Assembly: GCA_951406725.2 (NCBI GenBank) | Contig: OX597831.1 | Span: forward strand, 77,996,001-78,060,000 | Direction of reading: 5' to 3' | DNA length: 64,000 bases | Source: Octopus vulgaris | Taxonomy: Eukaryota | Shown: piece by piece, positions 1 to 12,751 of the stretch | How the letters are laid out: each line of letters opens with the position of its first letter | Position numbering within the stretch: position 1 is the first letter of the stretch | The notes under the pieces: generated by a model | The model's input: the letters and a program-made list of their open reading frames with translations, nothing else | What the model was told of the DNA's origin: nothing | Databases searched by the model: none | Position numbers and translations under genes: made by a program

Positions 1-556
1 TATATATATATATATATATGCGTATATATATATTTGCGTATATATGTGTGTGTATATGTATACATATGGGTATATATATATATATATATGCTTGCGTTCA
101 GTGCTTCTTTTAATATTTCTGTTAAAATACGACAACATCGGTGTGTATGTGTTTTGTATCTTTATAGCAAGATTCCTCCATCAATAAAAGACTTACACCC
201 ACCCCACTCACCCCCAGGCACACACCATGTTTTTCGTATTAAGTATGAACGCAATGTTGTGAATATTTAGTACAAATATTTGGTGTGTATGTATTTGATT
301 ATGTATGCGTATATGTGTTTGTATGTATTTGTCGGTATATGTGTATGACCGCTAGTTGGCTTAAAACAGAATATATGAGCCATTAGAATTCCTCAGGTAT
401 TGCTGGAACAAATAAATTATTTAGCAACGCCAATTATGTTAGCAGCGGTGGGAGGAGTAATTTAATGTATTTAGCGTGGTTGGGTTTGTGTCCTTGTATT
501 TGCGTGTTTGCATGTATGTGTGTGTGCGTGTGTGTATGTGTGTGTGTGCGCATGTG

Positions 557-586
<30 letters not shown>

Positions 587-590
<4 letters not shown>

Positions 591-712
591 CATAAGGGAC
601 TAAAGCCATCTGAATATGGCTAGGGACAGGGCAGGGTGGTGGCAACAGTAACACCCCCACCACCCTGCCCTGTCCCTAGCCATATTCAGATGGCTTTAGT
701 CCCTTATGTTAT
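587..712. repeat. Perfect fold-back inverted repeat (56-bp arms, 14-nt loop); probable Penelope-like terminus
   Basis: 587-642 is the exact reverse complement of 657-712 and abuts (TA)n. Arm motif gccatctgaatatggcta resembles gccatctcaatatggcta at ~28313 in the hammerhead-bearing element. Confidence 0.9.
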
Positions 713-754
713 CGAGCAGTTACTGTCTACATCTCTTTTAGAGAATTATTATTG

Positions 755-803
<49 letters not shown>

Positions 804-874
804 ATAGGAAATTCCTAATAGCGATAATTATTAATGTTCGAGCACAAGTCCCATATGAAGTCAAGATTGCCTTA

Positions 875-956
<82 letters not shown>

Positions 957-1458
957 TATATATGTGTGTGTGTTTGTGTGTATATATGTGTATATATATA
1001 TATGTATGTGTATATATATGTATATATATATATGTATGTGTATATATGTATGTATATATATATATATGTCTATATCTATATGCATATATATATGTGTGTG
1101 TGTGAGACTGTATTTGTGTGTGTGTTAAATAAAATAAGACGAGAAATTTCTAGGAGATTTCTAAGGAGAAAGATTGTCATACAGCTGTTTCAGGGATATA
1201 AAGGATATCCCATCGTGTGAGATGATATGAGAAAATTATATAGAAGTTATTTCGGAAAGTGTGAGATGTTTTGGAAAGTGAGGGAAATATAAGAATAATA
1301 TGAATAAAAACAAAAATATGTTTGATTTTACAGTTGCAATTCTCGCAGGAGATTCTTCACTGATACTAATTTCGAACCGAAAGTCTAACTACGGTCCTTC
1401 CTTAACACTTACGTAACCCTACGTGTCATTTTGGCGCTTCTGGATACCAAAACCTATC

Positions 1459-1489
<31 letters not shown>

Positions 1490-1492
1490 TTA

Positions 1493-1689
1493 TTTATTAT
1501 TTAAAGCAGCAGAAATTCAACAAAACCTGTTACTCGGATTTTCACGTTTCCGTTTGTCACACAGGAACGTGAGACTCCGAGTAACAGGCTTTGTTGAATT
1601 TCTGCTGCTTTTAAATAAAGCATATTACTCTACCCCTGGTATTTGAGTACTCTTTTTTCCACCTTGTTTCGCATTTATGTGTTTACTCC

Positions 1690-1692
<3 letters not shown>
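1493..1692. mobile_element. Penelope-like remnant with inverted arms and degenerate hammerhead-like motif
   Basis: aaagcagcagaaattcaacaaaacctgttactcgga is inverted to tccgagtaacaggctttgttgaatttctgctgcttt. Minus strand reads cctgt-gTGACaA-acggaaacgt-GAAA-atccga-GTA-acagg. Flanked by (TA)n on both sides. Confidence 0.6.
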
Positions 1693-1753
<61 letters not shown>

Positions 1754-1788
1754 AATAGATATGTATATATACATATACAAACACACGC

Positions 1789-1820
<32 letters not shown>

Positions 1821-2613
1821 CATATACATATATATGTATATGTGAGTATTTATATATTTGTATATATGTATATATATATGTATATATATGTGTGTCTATA
1901 TATGTGTATATATACATGTATATATGTATATATACATACACACGCACAAGCATATATATATTTATATTTGTGTGTGTATAAGCAAAATTTATGCTTACAC
2001 ACACACATACAGACATACACACACACATATATACATCATTCCATTGATAATTACCTCCCCTTATGCATTATTCCCTTTACCCTCAGCCAGTCTCTCATGC
2101 ATACATGTATGTATGTATGTATGTATGCATGTATGTATGTATGTATGTATGTATGTATATATGCATGTATGTATGTATGCATGTATGTATGCATGCATGT
2201 ATGTATGTATGTATGTATGTATGTATGCGTATGTATCAATTCATGCATACCTGCATGACATGTATGTATGTATATGTATGTGTGTTTGTATGCATGTATG
2301 TGCGTATGCAATAAATGGTGGTTCCATATTTTTGGGTTCCTTGGAGGAATATTTATTTTGTCACTTCGGGCAACATTCTATGCTCAAATTAGCCGAATAA
2401 TGTTTCCTTATTTGTGTGGCAAGGGATCTGTCTCCACCATCGATGATCCGTCTTCAATTTTGGCTAACAATTTTCTTCGCTAACATGTGTGTGTGTATTT
2501 ATTCGCTTGGATTTCGTCTACAAAGCGTAACCACTTGAAGATGATAAGAATTTGGCTTACTTCGTTAACCTAACACTCCTATATTTGTCGTGCCAATATA
2601 ACTAACCGTTATA

Positions 2614-3179
2614 TTGGGTTGTCCGGAAAGTTCATGCCGATTTATAGTAGCTTACCGTTCGAATTATTTTAGAACATGGTTGAGTGCATAAAATAGGATT
2701 TGACAACATCTCCATTTAGAGCACAGTTTAAGCTATCTTTTCCTGGAAGAAGGTTCATGTTCCTATAACCTGTGTTAATTCTGTAACCCTTTAAAATGGA
2801 AGATAAGAAAGTTCATTTTCGGCACTTGATGCTTTGGGAACCAGACAAACATTGCTGCAGCTCGGCCGGGATGTGTTACCCAACCGTCCATACTCACCAG
2901 ATAATGCTCCTTCGGATTTCCACTTATTCAGGTCTCTGCAGAATAGTCTTAATGGTAAAAATTTCAATTCCTTGGATGGCGTAAAATGATACCTTGATGA
3001 GTTCTTTGCCATGAAACCACCTAAATTCTGGGAAGAGGGTATTTTCCTGTTAAAGGAAAGATGGAGACGCATTGTGCAACAAAATGGTTCATATTTGGTT
3101 GATTAAAAATGTAATGGCAAGTATTTATTGACCTTTTTCTTTCCTTTAAAAATTGGCACGAACTTTCCGGACAACCCAA
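2614..3179 (+). mobile_element. Internally deleted mariner (Tc1/mariner) DNA transposon
   Basis: TIRs ttgggttgtccggaaagttc / gaactttccggacaacccaa with TA on both flanks. N-terminal MEDKKVHFRHLMLWE is fused directly to the C-terminal PYSPDxAPSDFHLFRSLQN segment of a mariner transposase. Confidence 0.93.
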
Positions 3180-3389
3180 TATATTACTTTTTTCAGTTTT
3201 TCAATTGTGGCCATACGGAGGGCACAGCTTTGAAGTCTGTAATCGTCTTCAGTACTAATGTTTACGTGTGATAATTGATTTACCGTTCCCTTTTGCCGAA
3301 CTGTAAATTTACGATGGTAACGCAAATAAACTAACACTGCTTATCAAGCCGTATGTAAGAATAAAGACGTATTAAAACATACATACATA

Positions 3390-3480
3390 CATTTAAATAT
3401 ATATGAGCATGTCTAGATATGCAAATATATGCATGAGAATACATAAAGAAAACAAAACATACAAATTTGCACACATACAT
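3390..3480 (+). mobile_element. Short 3'-UTR fragment of the R4/Dong-like LINE seen at 43.3-45.1 kb
   Basis: catttaaatatatatgagcatgtctagatatgcaaatatatgcatgagaatacata matches 43760-43815; embedded in CATA repeats. Confidence 0.65.
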
Positions 3481-3560
3481 ACATACACCCATACATATAT
3501 ACATACACACATACACACACACACATACGTATATACATACATATATACACACATACATAC

Positions 3561-3830
3561 AGGTATGACTGTGCGATCAATGTGGTCAGAATCTTGCTAC
3601 CCCCAAAATATAACTTTGGGTTCATTCCCACTATGTGGGAACATGGGCTTCTTTTCTTTGGCCATTGGCCATCCAAAACTATATGAGTAGATCTGGTTGG
3701 TGGAAACTGAAAGAAGCCTGTCGATATATATATATATTTAAATTTATATTTATAGTGTGAAATGTGATTTAATCCTAAATCTAATTTTCCCTGTAAGTTT
3801 GGATTTACTCCCTAATATTATTATTATTAT

Positions 3831-3904
<74 letters not shown>

Positions 3905-4155
3905 AGTATGTATGTGTGTGTATGTATGAGAGCTTGTGTGTACGTGTCTTTGTGTTTGTCCCACTACTGGGCAATCCGTTTCGGTTTGTTCACGTCCCCA
4001 TAACTTAGCTTTTCGGCTCTAATAGACCGATAGAAAGATTACGGGGCTTAAAAATGGAAACTTTTGTGTTGATGCTTCGACTAAACCCTTTCAGTCGGTG
4101 ACCTAACATGGCCACAATTCCAATGACTGAAACAACGAAAAATAAAAAGATAAAT
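3561..4155 (+). mobile_element. SINE family A, diverged copy
   Basis: tRNA-like head, ggaaactgaaagaagcc, internal (TA)n, gtttgttcacgtcccc, tail aatgactgaaac. Confidence 0.75.
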
Positions 4156-4173
4156 GATATATACATACATACA

Positions 4174-4221
<48 letters not shown>

Positions 4222-4222
4222 C

Positions 4223-4295
<73 letters not shown>

Positions 4296-4750
4296 AGCTG
4301 GCAACTCTGAGGGGGATCCCGCGAGAATTGGGATGCGGGACGAGCGTGTCTGCATACGCGGACGACGTCACCGTCATAGTGTCTAGCCACGAGAACATCG
4401 GGCAGGTCGGCGAGACACTGAAAGACTACGAAGCGGTGACAGGAGCAAAAATCAACCGGGAAAAATCAGTGGGCTTGCGTCTCGGCACCTGAAGAAGCAA
4501 GCCCATGCCGTCCACCAGCGCCTCTGTCGTGGGACGCTGGACCGACGGTCCATCGAGTTGCTCGGGGTCTGGTTTGGTCCGAACCTCCAAATGGAGAAGA
4601 ACTGGAACGAGATAACGAGTAGGGTGGTCACTCTCGCCCGGCAATGGGCCGAGAGGAAACTGTCCCTAAAAGGTCGGGCGGAGGTGGCGATCTCGTACGT
4701 CGCGTCCGTCATCTCCGTCGTGCCTTGTCCCGACCCTACCATCACCAAAC
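4296..4750 (+). mobile_element. Tx1/L1-clade LINE fragment (RT YADD region), pseudogenised
   Basis: Translates VSAYADDVTVIVS...YEAVTGAKINREKSVGL and LGVWFG...WAERKLSLKGRAEV; in-frame stop at ~4490. Near-identical to 60976-61135. Starts immediately after (TATC)n. Confidence 0.85.
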
Positions 4751-4822
4751 ATAGGAGAAGGAAAGATCCAGAGAAGGGAAGACAGAGGGAAAAAAATCGC
4801 CAATTGTACACACGCGGTCAGA
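4747..4822 (-). mobile_element. Fragment of the Penelope-like family also at 25434-25640
   Basis: aggagaaggaaagatccagagaagggaagacagagg...cacacgcggtca is the diverged reverse complement of 25437-25510. Confidence 0.7.
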
Positions 4823-4825
4823 GGC

Positions 4826-4858
<33 letters not shown>

Positions 4859-5794
4859 GATATATATATAGATATATATACACATATGCATATATATACA
4901 TACTACTAATATAGGATGACATTTTTTTCTCTACAGAAAAAAATTCCATCAAGAAATGTGGCAGCATATTAAAATACATTTACGGTTAAATTTTAACCGT
5001 AAATATATATATACATATATATATACATACATATATATAAATAAATAAATAAATATATATATATATATATATGTCTGCCTGTCTGTATGTAAGTATATGT
5101 ATATGGAGGGCTGAAGTGCATTTTAAAAGTGCATGCGATAATCCACTCTTTAACAGATCATGGTTGCATATTTACCCAAGTTCAAGGCTCCATATACTGT
5201 CATCATTATCGTCAGGTCACGTGATTCTAATCGTTGTTAGGGACCGCAGAGAAGAACTGATTTTATGATGTGTTAATCCCATTCGTGATTACGTTACAGC
5301 TGCAGCAGTATTTGGGGTGGTGGTGGTGGTGGTGGTGGTGGTTTGGGCATGGCAGCGGGGTGCATTGACGGTTAGTTGTAGTTGTTTGTATGAACACCGC
5401 AAGTAATGTTCTGGACATAATTTATTTTGTTAGACTATGATTACATAAACCAAGAAATGCAACCGAACATATAACAACAACGATAATGATGATAAGGATG
5501 ATGATGATGATGATAATGATAATAACAACAACAAAAACAACGATAATAAACAAACTCATTATCTAAACCGAAAATAACTTTCGTAGCTACCTTCCCACAC
5601 TTTGGCAAGTATTTTTACTAACATTTGGCAGTCACACCAGCGTTTGGCAAGCACCATATTAGATGGAATAATTACTGAATACCCGCACGCATACACACAC
5701 ATGTATACACATACGCATACACACACACAAACACACACAATTGCCTCTGTATTTTTCTTTCTTTTCCTGTCTGACTGTCTGTCTCACTTTCTCT

Positions 5795-5825
<31 letters not shown>

Positions 5826-7058
5826 CCCCTCTCACTCTCTTTTGTATAGCGTCACACTTACACAGAGGCACATGCGGAGGGAACATGTACACGTTGGTTA
5901 GCGCTCATTCCACTTCTTAGAAAAAAAGCAATTAATAATTTACGTAATTATATTGTTTTCATCTTTTCCAAACATCCTTTCAGAGATGCCAAATCTCTCC
6001 TTCATCCTCTGGTTTCTATGAGCAACTTTGAACAATAAAATGAAAGTTTTAAAAGATGAGGTAAACTGGAGCCAATTGGAGAAAATTGAGGATTCGTCAA
6101 ATATAATATTTTCGTAACATATTTTCACAGGATTAAAGGGGAATCAGTTATAACTGAGTTGTGCGACGAACAAAATGTGCACTACGTAGCTCTCCTTTCT
6201 GATGTCACAACCAATAATAATAATAATAATAGTAGTAGTAATAATCATTTCTATTATAGTCACATGATCTAAATTTTGGTGGGAAATGGGGGTAGGTTAG
6301 TCGATTTCAATGACACTCCCTCCCATGCTCCGAAAGGATAAAAGATGAAACCGACCTTGGTTGAATTCGAACTCAAAACATAAAGCCGAACAAAATACTA
6401 CGAAGTATTTTGTCCGGTGTGCTAACGATTTTGCCAGATCATCGCTTTGATAATGGTAACTGTAATTATCACCTCTAGAAACAATAGTGTTTCGTTCATC
6501 TTTCTTAAACAACCATTATTCAAGGATCTTTTGAGCGAGATGGGTTACAGGACCTGCAGGAAATTTCACTGGCCCTTATCTGCGAAGTCATGCGCTGTTT
6601 ATCTTGATATGAGGTCACTGTATCATGCATATATTGTTGTGTTGCTTGTACTTAGTGTGCCCTTATCAGACGGGTAGTCGTGATGGGTATATTGGGTTTT
6701 GTGTATTTGGACCCCATTGTCACTTTGATGGTTTCCACTGCTCTCTCACACAGTAATAATAATAATCCTTTCTACTAAAGGCACAAAGCCTGAAATTTTG
6801 GGGGTGGGGACTTTCACTGGTACTTAATTTATCGACCTCGAAAGGTACCAATACAGGTTGTAAAGCGGTGATTGTTGTCACACACACACACACACATTTA
6901 AGTCGTAACATATGGATTTAACTAATCCGGTGGTACTCAAAAAAACTTCTTAATGTACAAAACAGAATATATCGTAATATATATAAAAGGGAAAAAGACA
7001 AGGAGTGTATAAAGTCATAAATGATCAAGAAATATTTTGATAAGCTTTTATATAACAA

Positions 7059-7450
7059 CGAGCAAAACGCCCACCGTCCATTGGACGGTGCTGGGTTGTC
7101 AAACATTTAAGCCAAATTTTCTCAAAACAACTTGTCCGACCGTCCCATAGGCCTCCCCTTTGAGAAACACTGATTTAACCTAAATTTGAGACACGAAACA
7201 GGCACGTGCATTTTTCTCGCGTACGCGTAGTATCGATCGCAACAGCTGATGTATTTGCGCGTACAAATGCACGTTCCCACGGTTTTATCGATCGCATTCT
7301 CACCTGGAATTGATTTTTGTAATTTTTTCAAGACTTATACACGCCCTGATACCGTCGGTATGTACATATCAAATTTGAGCGCAATCGGAGGATGCTCGAG
7401 ATCCTAGAAGACAGACACACAGACAGACAGAACGGATTTTATATAATAGA
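7059..7450 (-). mobile_element. Non-autonomous Helitron-like element
   Basis: Minus strand starts A|TCtattatatataaaa followed by (ctgt)n. Subterminal hairpin caccgtcca/tggacggtg at 7072-7090. Ends CTCG|T (CTAG-like); no TSD. Confidence 0.6.
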
Positions 7451-7872
7451 TATGAAAAATCTTAATATCACAACAATTGTTTCGTAACTCAAAAACATGT
7501 TGTCGAAAAGCAAACATGTTACCATACAGCCAAGCTTGGCCCCTAATAATGATGGTCCCTTATAAATAATTTTTCTTTCATTTCATACTGATTCTTATTC
7601 ATTTTTTAAACTGTACTCTATCATATTCTGTCTCGTTTCGCTTAATCTAGGGACCCAGTTGTAGCGCAGTTATTATCTATAATTAGTTGGTCAGATAACT
7701 GACAAGATTCTATATCCTTTGCTGTTTCTATTTACATGTTTTTCCTTACACATTAGCATGTGTCAGTCAAATCAAAATTAAAACATAGCTTATCTTTCTG
7801 TGTTAATTTGCTTCTGTTTCCCATTAAATATGCCTATGTGTATCTGTGTGTGTGTGTGTGTGTGTGTGTGTA

Positions 7873-7924
<52 letters not shown>

Positions 7925-8337
7925 CACATATACGAATGCGTGCATGTGATTAATATGTGTATGGTGGAGTGGAATCACAGCTGACTTCCTCGAGTGAATT
8001 CGTCGCTAAACCAATCAAAGATCAGACCTGCTCCAATCCTTTTGGTCTCCAATGGTATTTATTAATCGAAAATGGTGAGCTGGCAGAATGGGTAACATCT
8101 CGGCCAAACTGATGAGATATATTTCTTTCGGCTCTTAGCGTTCTAATTTCAAACTCTGCTGAGATGAATTTCGCCTTCGACCCTTACGGGGTGCATATGA
8201 TAAATTGCAAATTAAGTGTGCTGGTATATTAACAGTTAGTGAATCGTTGTACGCAACTTCATATTTCTCCTTTCTCTCTTTGATATTTCTCTCCCTCTCT
8301 CTTTTACTCTTAATTTCTCTTTATGTATATATGTATA

Positions 8338-8370
<33 letters not shown>

Positions 8371-8528
8371 GTATATATATAAATATGAATATATATATAT
8401 GTATATATATAAATATGAATATATATATATGTATATATATAAATATGAATATATATATAAATATGAATATATATATATATATATGTATATAAATATATAT
8501 TGATCTTTCTGAATCTTGTGTATTGCAG

Positions 8529-8629
8529 CAAGTTTAACGATACAGTATGGCCCACTTGGAATGGTACGGATACGAGGATCAGAAAATAAATACATGTGTT
8601 TTAATCAAAAAGGACGACTCATATTGCGA
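8529..8629 (+). CDS. FGF8/17/18: Internal coding exon of an FGF8/17/18-like fibroblast growth factor gene
   Basis: Acceptor tgtgtattgcag|CA and donor TTGCGA|gtaagt; 101 nt, phase 1 to phase 0. Translates [34 protein letters not shown], matching the FGF8-family middle exon pattern VR(I/V)RG..YxCxNxKG(K/R)LI. Absent from the ORF track (too short, no start codon). Confidence 0.88.
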
Positions 8630-8848
8630 GTAAGTATTTCAGCATGTTTCTGATAAAAAAATTACGATATATTTATTTATACACACACACACATACGTGC
8701 GCACGCGCGCACACACACACATGCACACACACACACACACACACACATATATAAGTTCAGCAAAATTTAGATTCAGATGAATATGGTACTTAAGTTAAAG
8801 GCACCAGAATTTTGTATGGTATTATCCATATAAATCAAATGGGGTGAT

Positions 8849-9098
8849 TATAATCAAAATAAGCAACAAGTATATCCAAAGTAGAGTAGTACAATTGTTT
8901 CATGCTACTGCATTATATTAAACCCTGTAAGTATTACATCAGTTTTAAAATGTCGAGCGATCTTCTATTCTATATGTGGCTGAAGATTGCGCGACATTTT
9001 AAAACTGATGTAATACTTACAGTGTGTAATAAATTGAAGTAGCATGAAACAATTGTACTATTCTACCTTGGATATCCTTATTGCTTATTTTGATTATA
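8849..9098. repeat. Imperfect fold-back inverted repeat (~117-bp arms) in the FGF intron
   Basis: tataatcaaaataagcaa...gtacaattgtttcatgctact...ctgtaagtattacatcagttttaaaatgtcg (8849-8965) is inverted at 8982-9098 and followed by (TA)n. Confidence 0.85.
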
Positions 9099-9279
9099 TA
9101 CATATATATATATGTATATATATATATATAGGTGTGTATATATGTATGTATGTATGTACGTATGTAACATTCGACAGCAAACACACCTTGAACACCTTTA
9201 CCTTGTGCTGCACATACTTTGATTCGAGTTCATTGTCGCTAGTGTCATCACAATGATGATTGTCATCATCAAAGCAGGC

Positions 9280-9448
9280 TCAGGTGTGGCTGTGTGGTAA
9301 GAACTAGCTTCCCGACCACATAGTTCAGAGTTCAGTCCCGCTGCTTGGCACACTGGACAAGTGTCTTTTACAATGGCCTCTGACCTTGTGCATAGATCTC
9401 ATAGACAGCAGCTGAAAGAAGCCCGTCGTGTGTATATACATATAACTT

Positions 9449-9492
<44 letters not shown>

Positions 9493-9640
9493 TATGCGTG
9501 TACGCGCTCGTGTGTGTGTCCGTTCTGGTGTCAGTATTTCTCACCCACCATCACTTCACAATCGGCGTGGGTTTGTTTACGTCCCCGTAAGTTAACGGTT
9601 CGGTACGAAAAGGCCGGTAAAATAAGCACCAGACTTTAAA
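9280..9640 (+). mobile_element. SINE family A copy (3' truncated) in the FGF intron
   Basis: caggtgtggctgtgtggtaagaactagcttccc...gttcagtcccgctgc...ctgaaagaagcccgtcg...gtttacgtccccgtaa. Confidence 0.8.
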
Positions 9641-9699
9641 AAACCTATTGGTTCCCTTGTTCCGCGCAAACTATTTTCTCCCTGTCGTTAGAACAAGAT

Positions 9700-10310
9700 G
9701 CTGTCCTGTACTTCTTCCGGTTCTTTACGTACAGAGTTCAAATAACGCCGAGGCAAAATTTATTTTCATCCTTCCGAAGTCGGCATAAAAAAAGTACCAG
9801 TCACGTAATACGGTCGTTGTAATGATGTACTCGACTTGCAGCCATTACTCAAGTCGGAAACCATCTAAGGTGGCAAGATGGCAGGACCTTTTGCCCACTG
9901 GAAAGGAAAGGAGCTAAATCACATGACGTTTTCAGTTCAAATTGCACTGAGGTTGACTTCGGCTTTCATCGTTTCAAGGTCGATAAGATAAAGTACCAGT
10001 GAAATACTGGGACCTATGTAATCGACTTGTGCCCTCCTCTCAAATTTACCGAAATTTTTCCAACATTAGAAAGAATTAATATCATATGAATTATTACTTA
10101 TATTACAAAGTTTGATAGAGATTAGTAAAAAATACTGTATTCGTTTTGTTTCTTGACTTTCTGAACTGAAAGTCGATGTCGACTTTGCCTTTCATCTTTT
10201 CCGGTTCGATAAAATAAATACCAGCTGAACACTGGGATTCAATGTACTCGACTATCCCCACTCCCCCAGAATTTCAGGCCCTGTGCCTACAGTAGGAAGG
10301 AATATTATTA
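9700..10310 (+). mobile_element. Three tandem diverged SINE family B copies
   Basis: Repeated gagttcaaat...gactttgcctttcatc...gtcgataaaataagtaccag cores at ~9735, ~9935 and ~10175. Confidence 0.7.
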
Positions 10311-10353
10311 TCATTATTATAATTGTTGTTGTTGTTGTTATTATTATTATTAT

Positions 10354-10606
10354 TCAGTAGTTTTATTTTTATAGCGTGCTTTCACTTCACTACCGAGCGC
10401 AGCTCTGTGTGCCTTGGGTATGTGCTGTGATTTGTTGCGATGCTCTGATGGTTATTGTATGGAAAGTGTTCTGCGTAGGATGTGTGCAGTGCCTAGTAGT
10501 GCAATTTTCTGTATGTTATATGTGTTTGTAAGTCCTGGTGTTTTTGTTATGTATTTGTCTGAATATTTTTTTATCATGCCTAATGCACCTACTATGATAG
10601 GAATTG

Positions 10607-10608
<2 letters not shown>
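10354..10608 (-). mobile_element. 3' fragment of an R4/Dong-like (restriction-like endonuclease) LINE within (TAA)n
   Basis: Minus strand translates TIPIIVGALGMIKKYSDKYITKTPGLTNTYNIQKIALLGTAHILRRTLSIQ*, a typical R4/Dong C-terminus. (TTA)n tracts on both flanks. Confidence 0.8.
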
Positions 10609-10660
<52 letters not shown>

Positions 10661-10662
10661 TG

Positions 10663-10709
<47 letters not shown>

Positions 10710-10738
10710 TGTTTTTACATATTTCTGTCTTCTTGCAG

Positions 10739-10990
10739 AGAAATCCCAAAATATACAGATGTATATTCGTCGCAAGAATGATGAACGGAACATATATATT
10801 CCAGTTAGCATCATTTCAAAGGTGGGCCGTTGGTTTCCGCAAAAATGGCCGTCCTTTACGAGGGCACAAATACAGCACACAGAGGCGAAAATGTTTCGAG
10901 TTCTATCTTCGAGTCAGAGACAGCCCTAAAGGAAATTTTTCCCCAATCAAAGACCCCATTTTCCTATCGGCATTGAAAACAAATCGATAA
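10739..10990 (+). CDS. FGF8/17/18: Terminal coding exon of the same FGF8/17/18-like gene
   Basis: Acceptor ttctgtcttcttgcag|AGA, phase 0, in frame with exon 8529-8629. Translates RNPKIYRCIFVARMMNGTYIFQLASFQRWAVGFRKNGRPLRGHKYSTQRRKCFEFYLR...KTNR*, carrying the FGF CxF motif, WxxGFxKxGRP and an FGF8-like KCFxF. AATAAA hexamers at 11042 and 11052. Confidence 0.88.
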   Translation, partial: RNPKIYRCIFVARMMNGTYIFQLASFQRWAVGFRKNGRPLRGHKYSTQRRKCFEFYLRVRDSPKGNFSPIKDPIFLSALKTNR

Positions 10991-12183
10991 AGTGACAGAC
11001 AATGAATTAAAAAATACATAATGACTTGTGGCCGATAGGAAAATAAAAATTAATAAACAAAATTATATAAAAATTATATACATATACGTATAATGTAAAT
11101 TATATGAATATATGTATATATAAATATATATATATGTATGTATGTATAGTATAATATAATATTAAAAAAACTAACTAAATGAAAGAAGGAAACAGACGGG
11201 GAATAATACAAATGAAGAATGAACAGAGGAGAAACGAACTTACCAGGAAAAACAAAACAGCTACGATACTCTCAAGTAATTATATTTTAATAATTATCAA
11301 ATTACAAAGTGATCATAGTTAATAACATACGATAATGATGACGGTGATGATGGTATACTCTTCATTATGATGATGTTAATGATAATAATGGTGATGACCA
11401 CGGCGTTGTTGATAAGCAGGACGACGGCGACCATATTGATGATGAAGGTGGCGGCGGCGGTGTTGTTGGTGTTGGTGGTGATAATGGTGATCGTAATGGT
11501 CAACATGATGATGGTGATGGTGATGGTGATGGTGATGATGATGATGTTGGGGAAGATAATGATATTGTTTATATGTAGAATAACTAAATTTATTCAAAGG
11601 CAACCGTGCAGATGTGTTGAAACTAAACCTAATTTTCCGACGAAGATTAGGACAGGAATCGCAATTATACAACGTCTTACGACACACCACTGTGATGACG
11701 TCATTCCGATGACGAATAAAAAATGGAGATGGTACATCCATCGGACATTGCTTCCAAGAAATCATGATACCAACATCATAAATCGAACATTCTACAGGAA
11801 ACATGCAGACAAATTCACTTACAATTTGGCTTTGAATATATTTTTTTGCAACAGATATTACCAAATAAAATGTCAAAACTAAAACTATTTCATTAATAAA
11901 TATATTCATGTATATATATGGATATATATGGATATATGAGTCTTTATTAGTGTAACATGTATGTGTGTAGATATTATAAATACATATATTTACACATATG
12001 AATATGCAACCATATCAATATATATGTATACATTCACACATAAAATACATTCAGTTACATATATATATATACATATATATATATGTATATATATATATAC
12101 ATGCATACATACACACACACATATATAGGATGTCATCTATTATACATTTTATTTTTAAAGTTGTACAATTTCTGAAACGTATG

Positions 12184-12301
<118 letters not shown>

Positions 12302-12387
12302 ATATATATACGTTTAAATATGTATATGTATAATATACATACCTATATGTATATATATGTGTATATATATATGTATATATATATATG

Positions 12388-12451
<64 letters not shown>

Positions 12452-12595
12452 TATTGGCATAGATCTATACATTTATGAAGATATAAATGTATATATTATA
12501 TATTAGTGATATTTATATATTTATACATATTTATATACATGCACACATGTATCTTTCGCTATATATATGTATATATATATACATAACGTATATAC

Positions 12596-12648
<53 letters not shown>

Positions 12649-12703
12649 ATGTATATATATTCGTGTATAGGGACTCACGTACACACACACACCCACTACC
12701 TGC

Positions 12704-12751
<48 letters not shown>

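Noticed and set aside
5984-6060. Possible FGF upstream exon (ctttcag|...gag|gtaaac)
   Set aside because: Stop codons in all three frames and no FGF motif.
11367-11909. 171-aa and 177-aa ORFs downstream of the FGF stop
   Set aside because: Largely driven by (GAT/GGT)n repeats; the remainder has no recognisable motif. More likely 3' UTR or flank.
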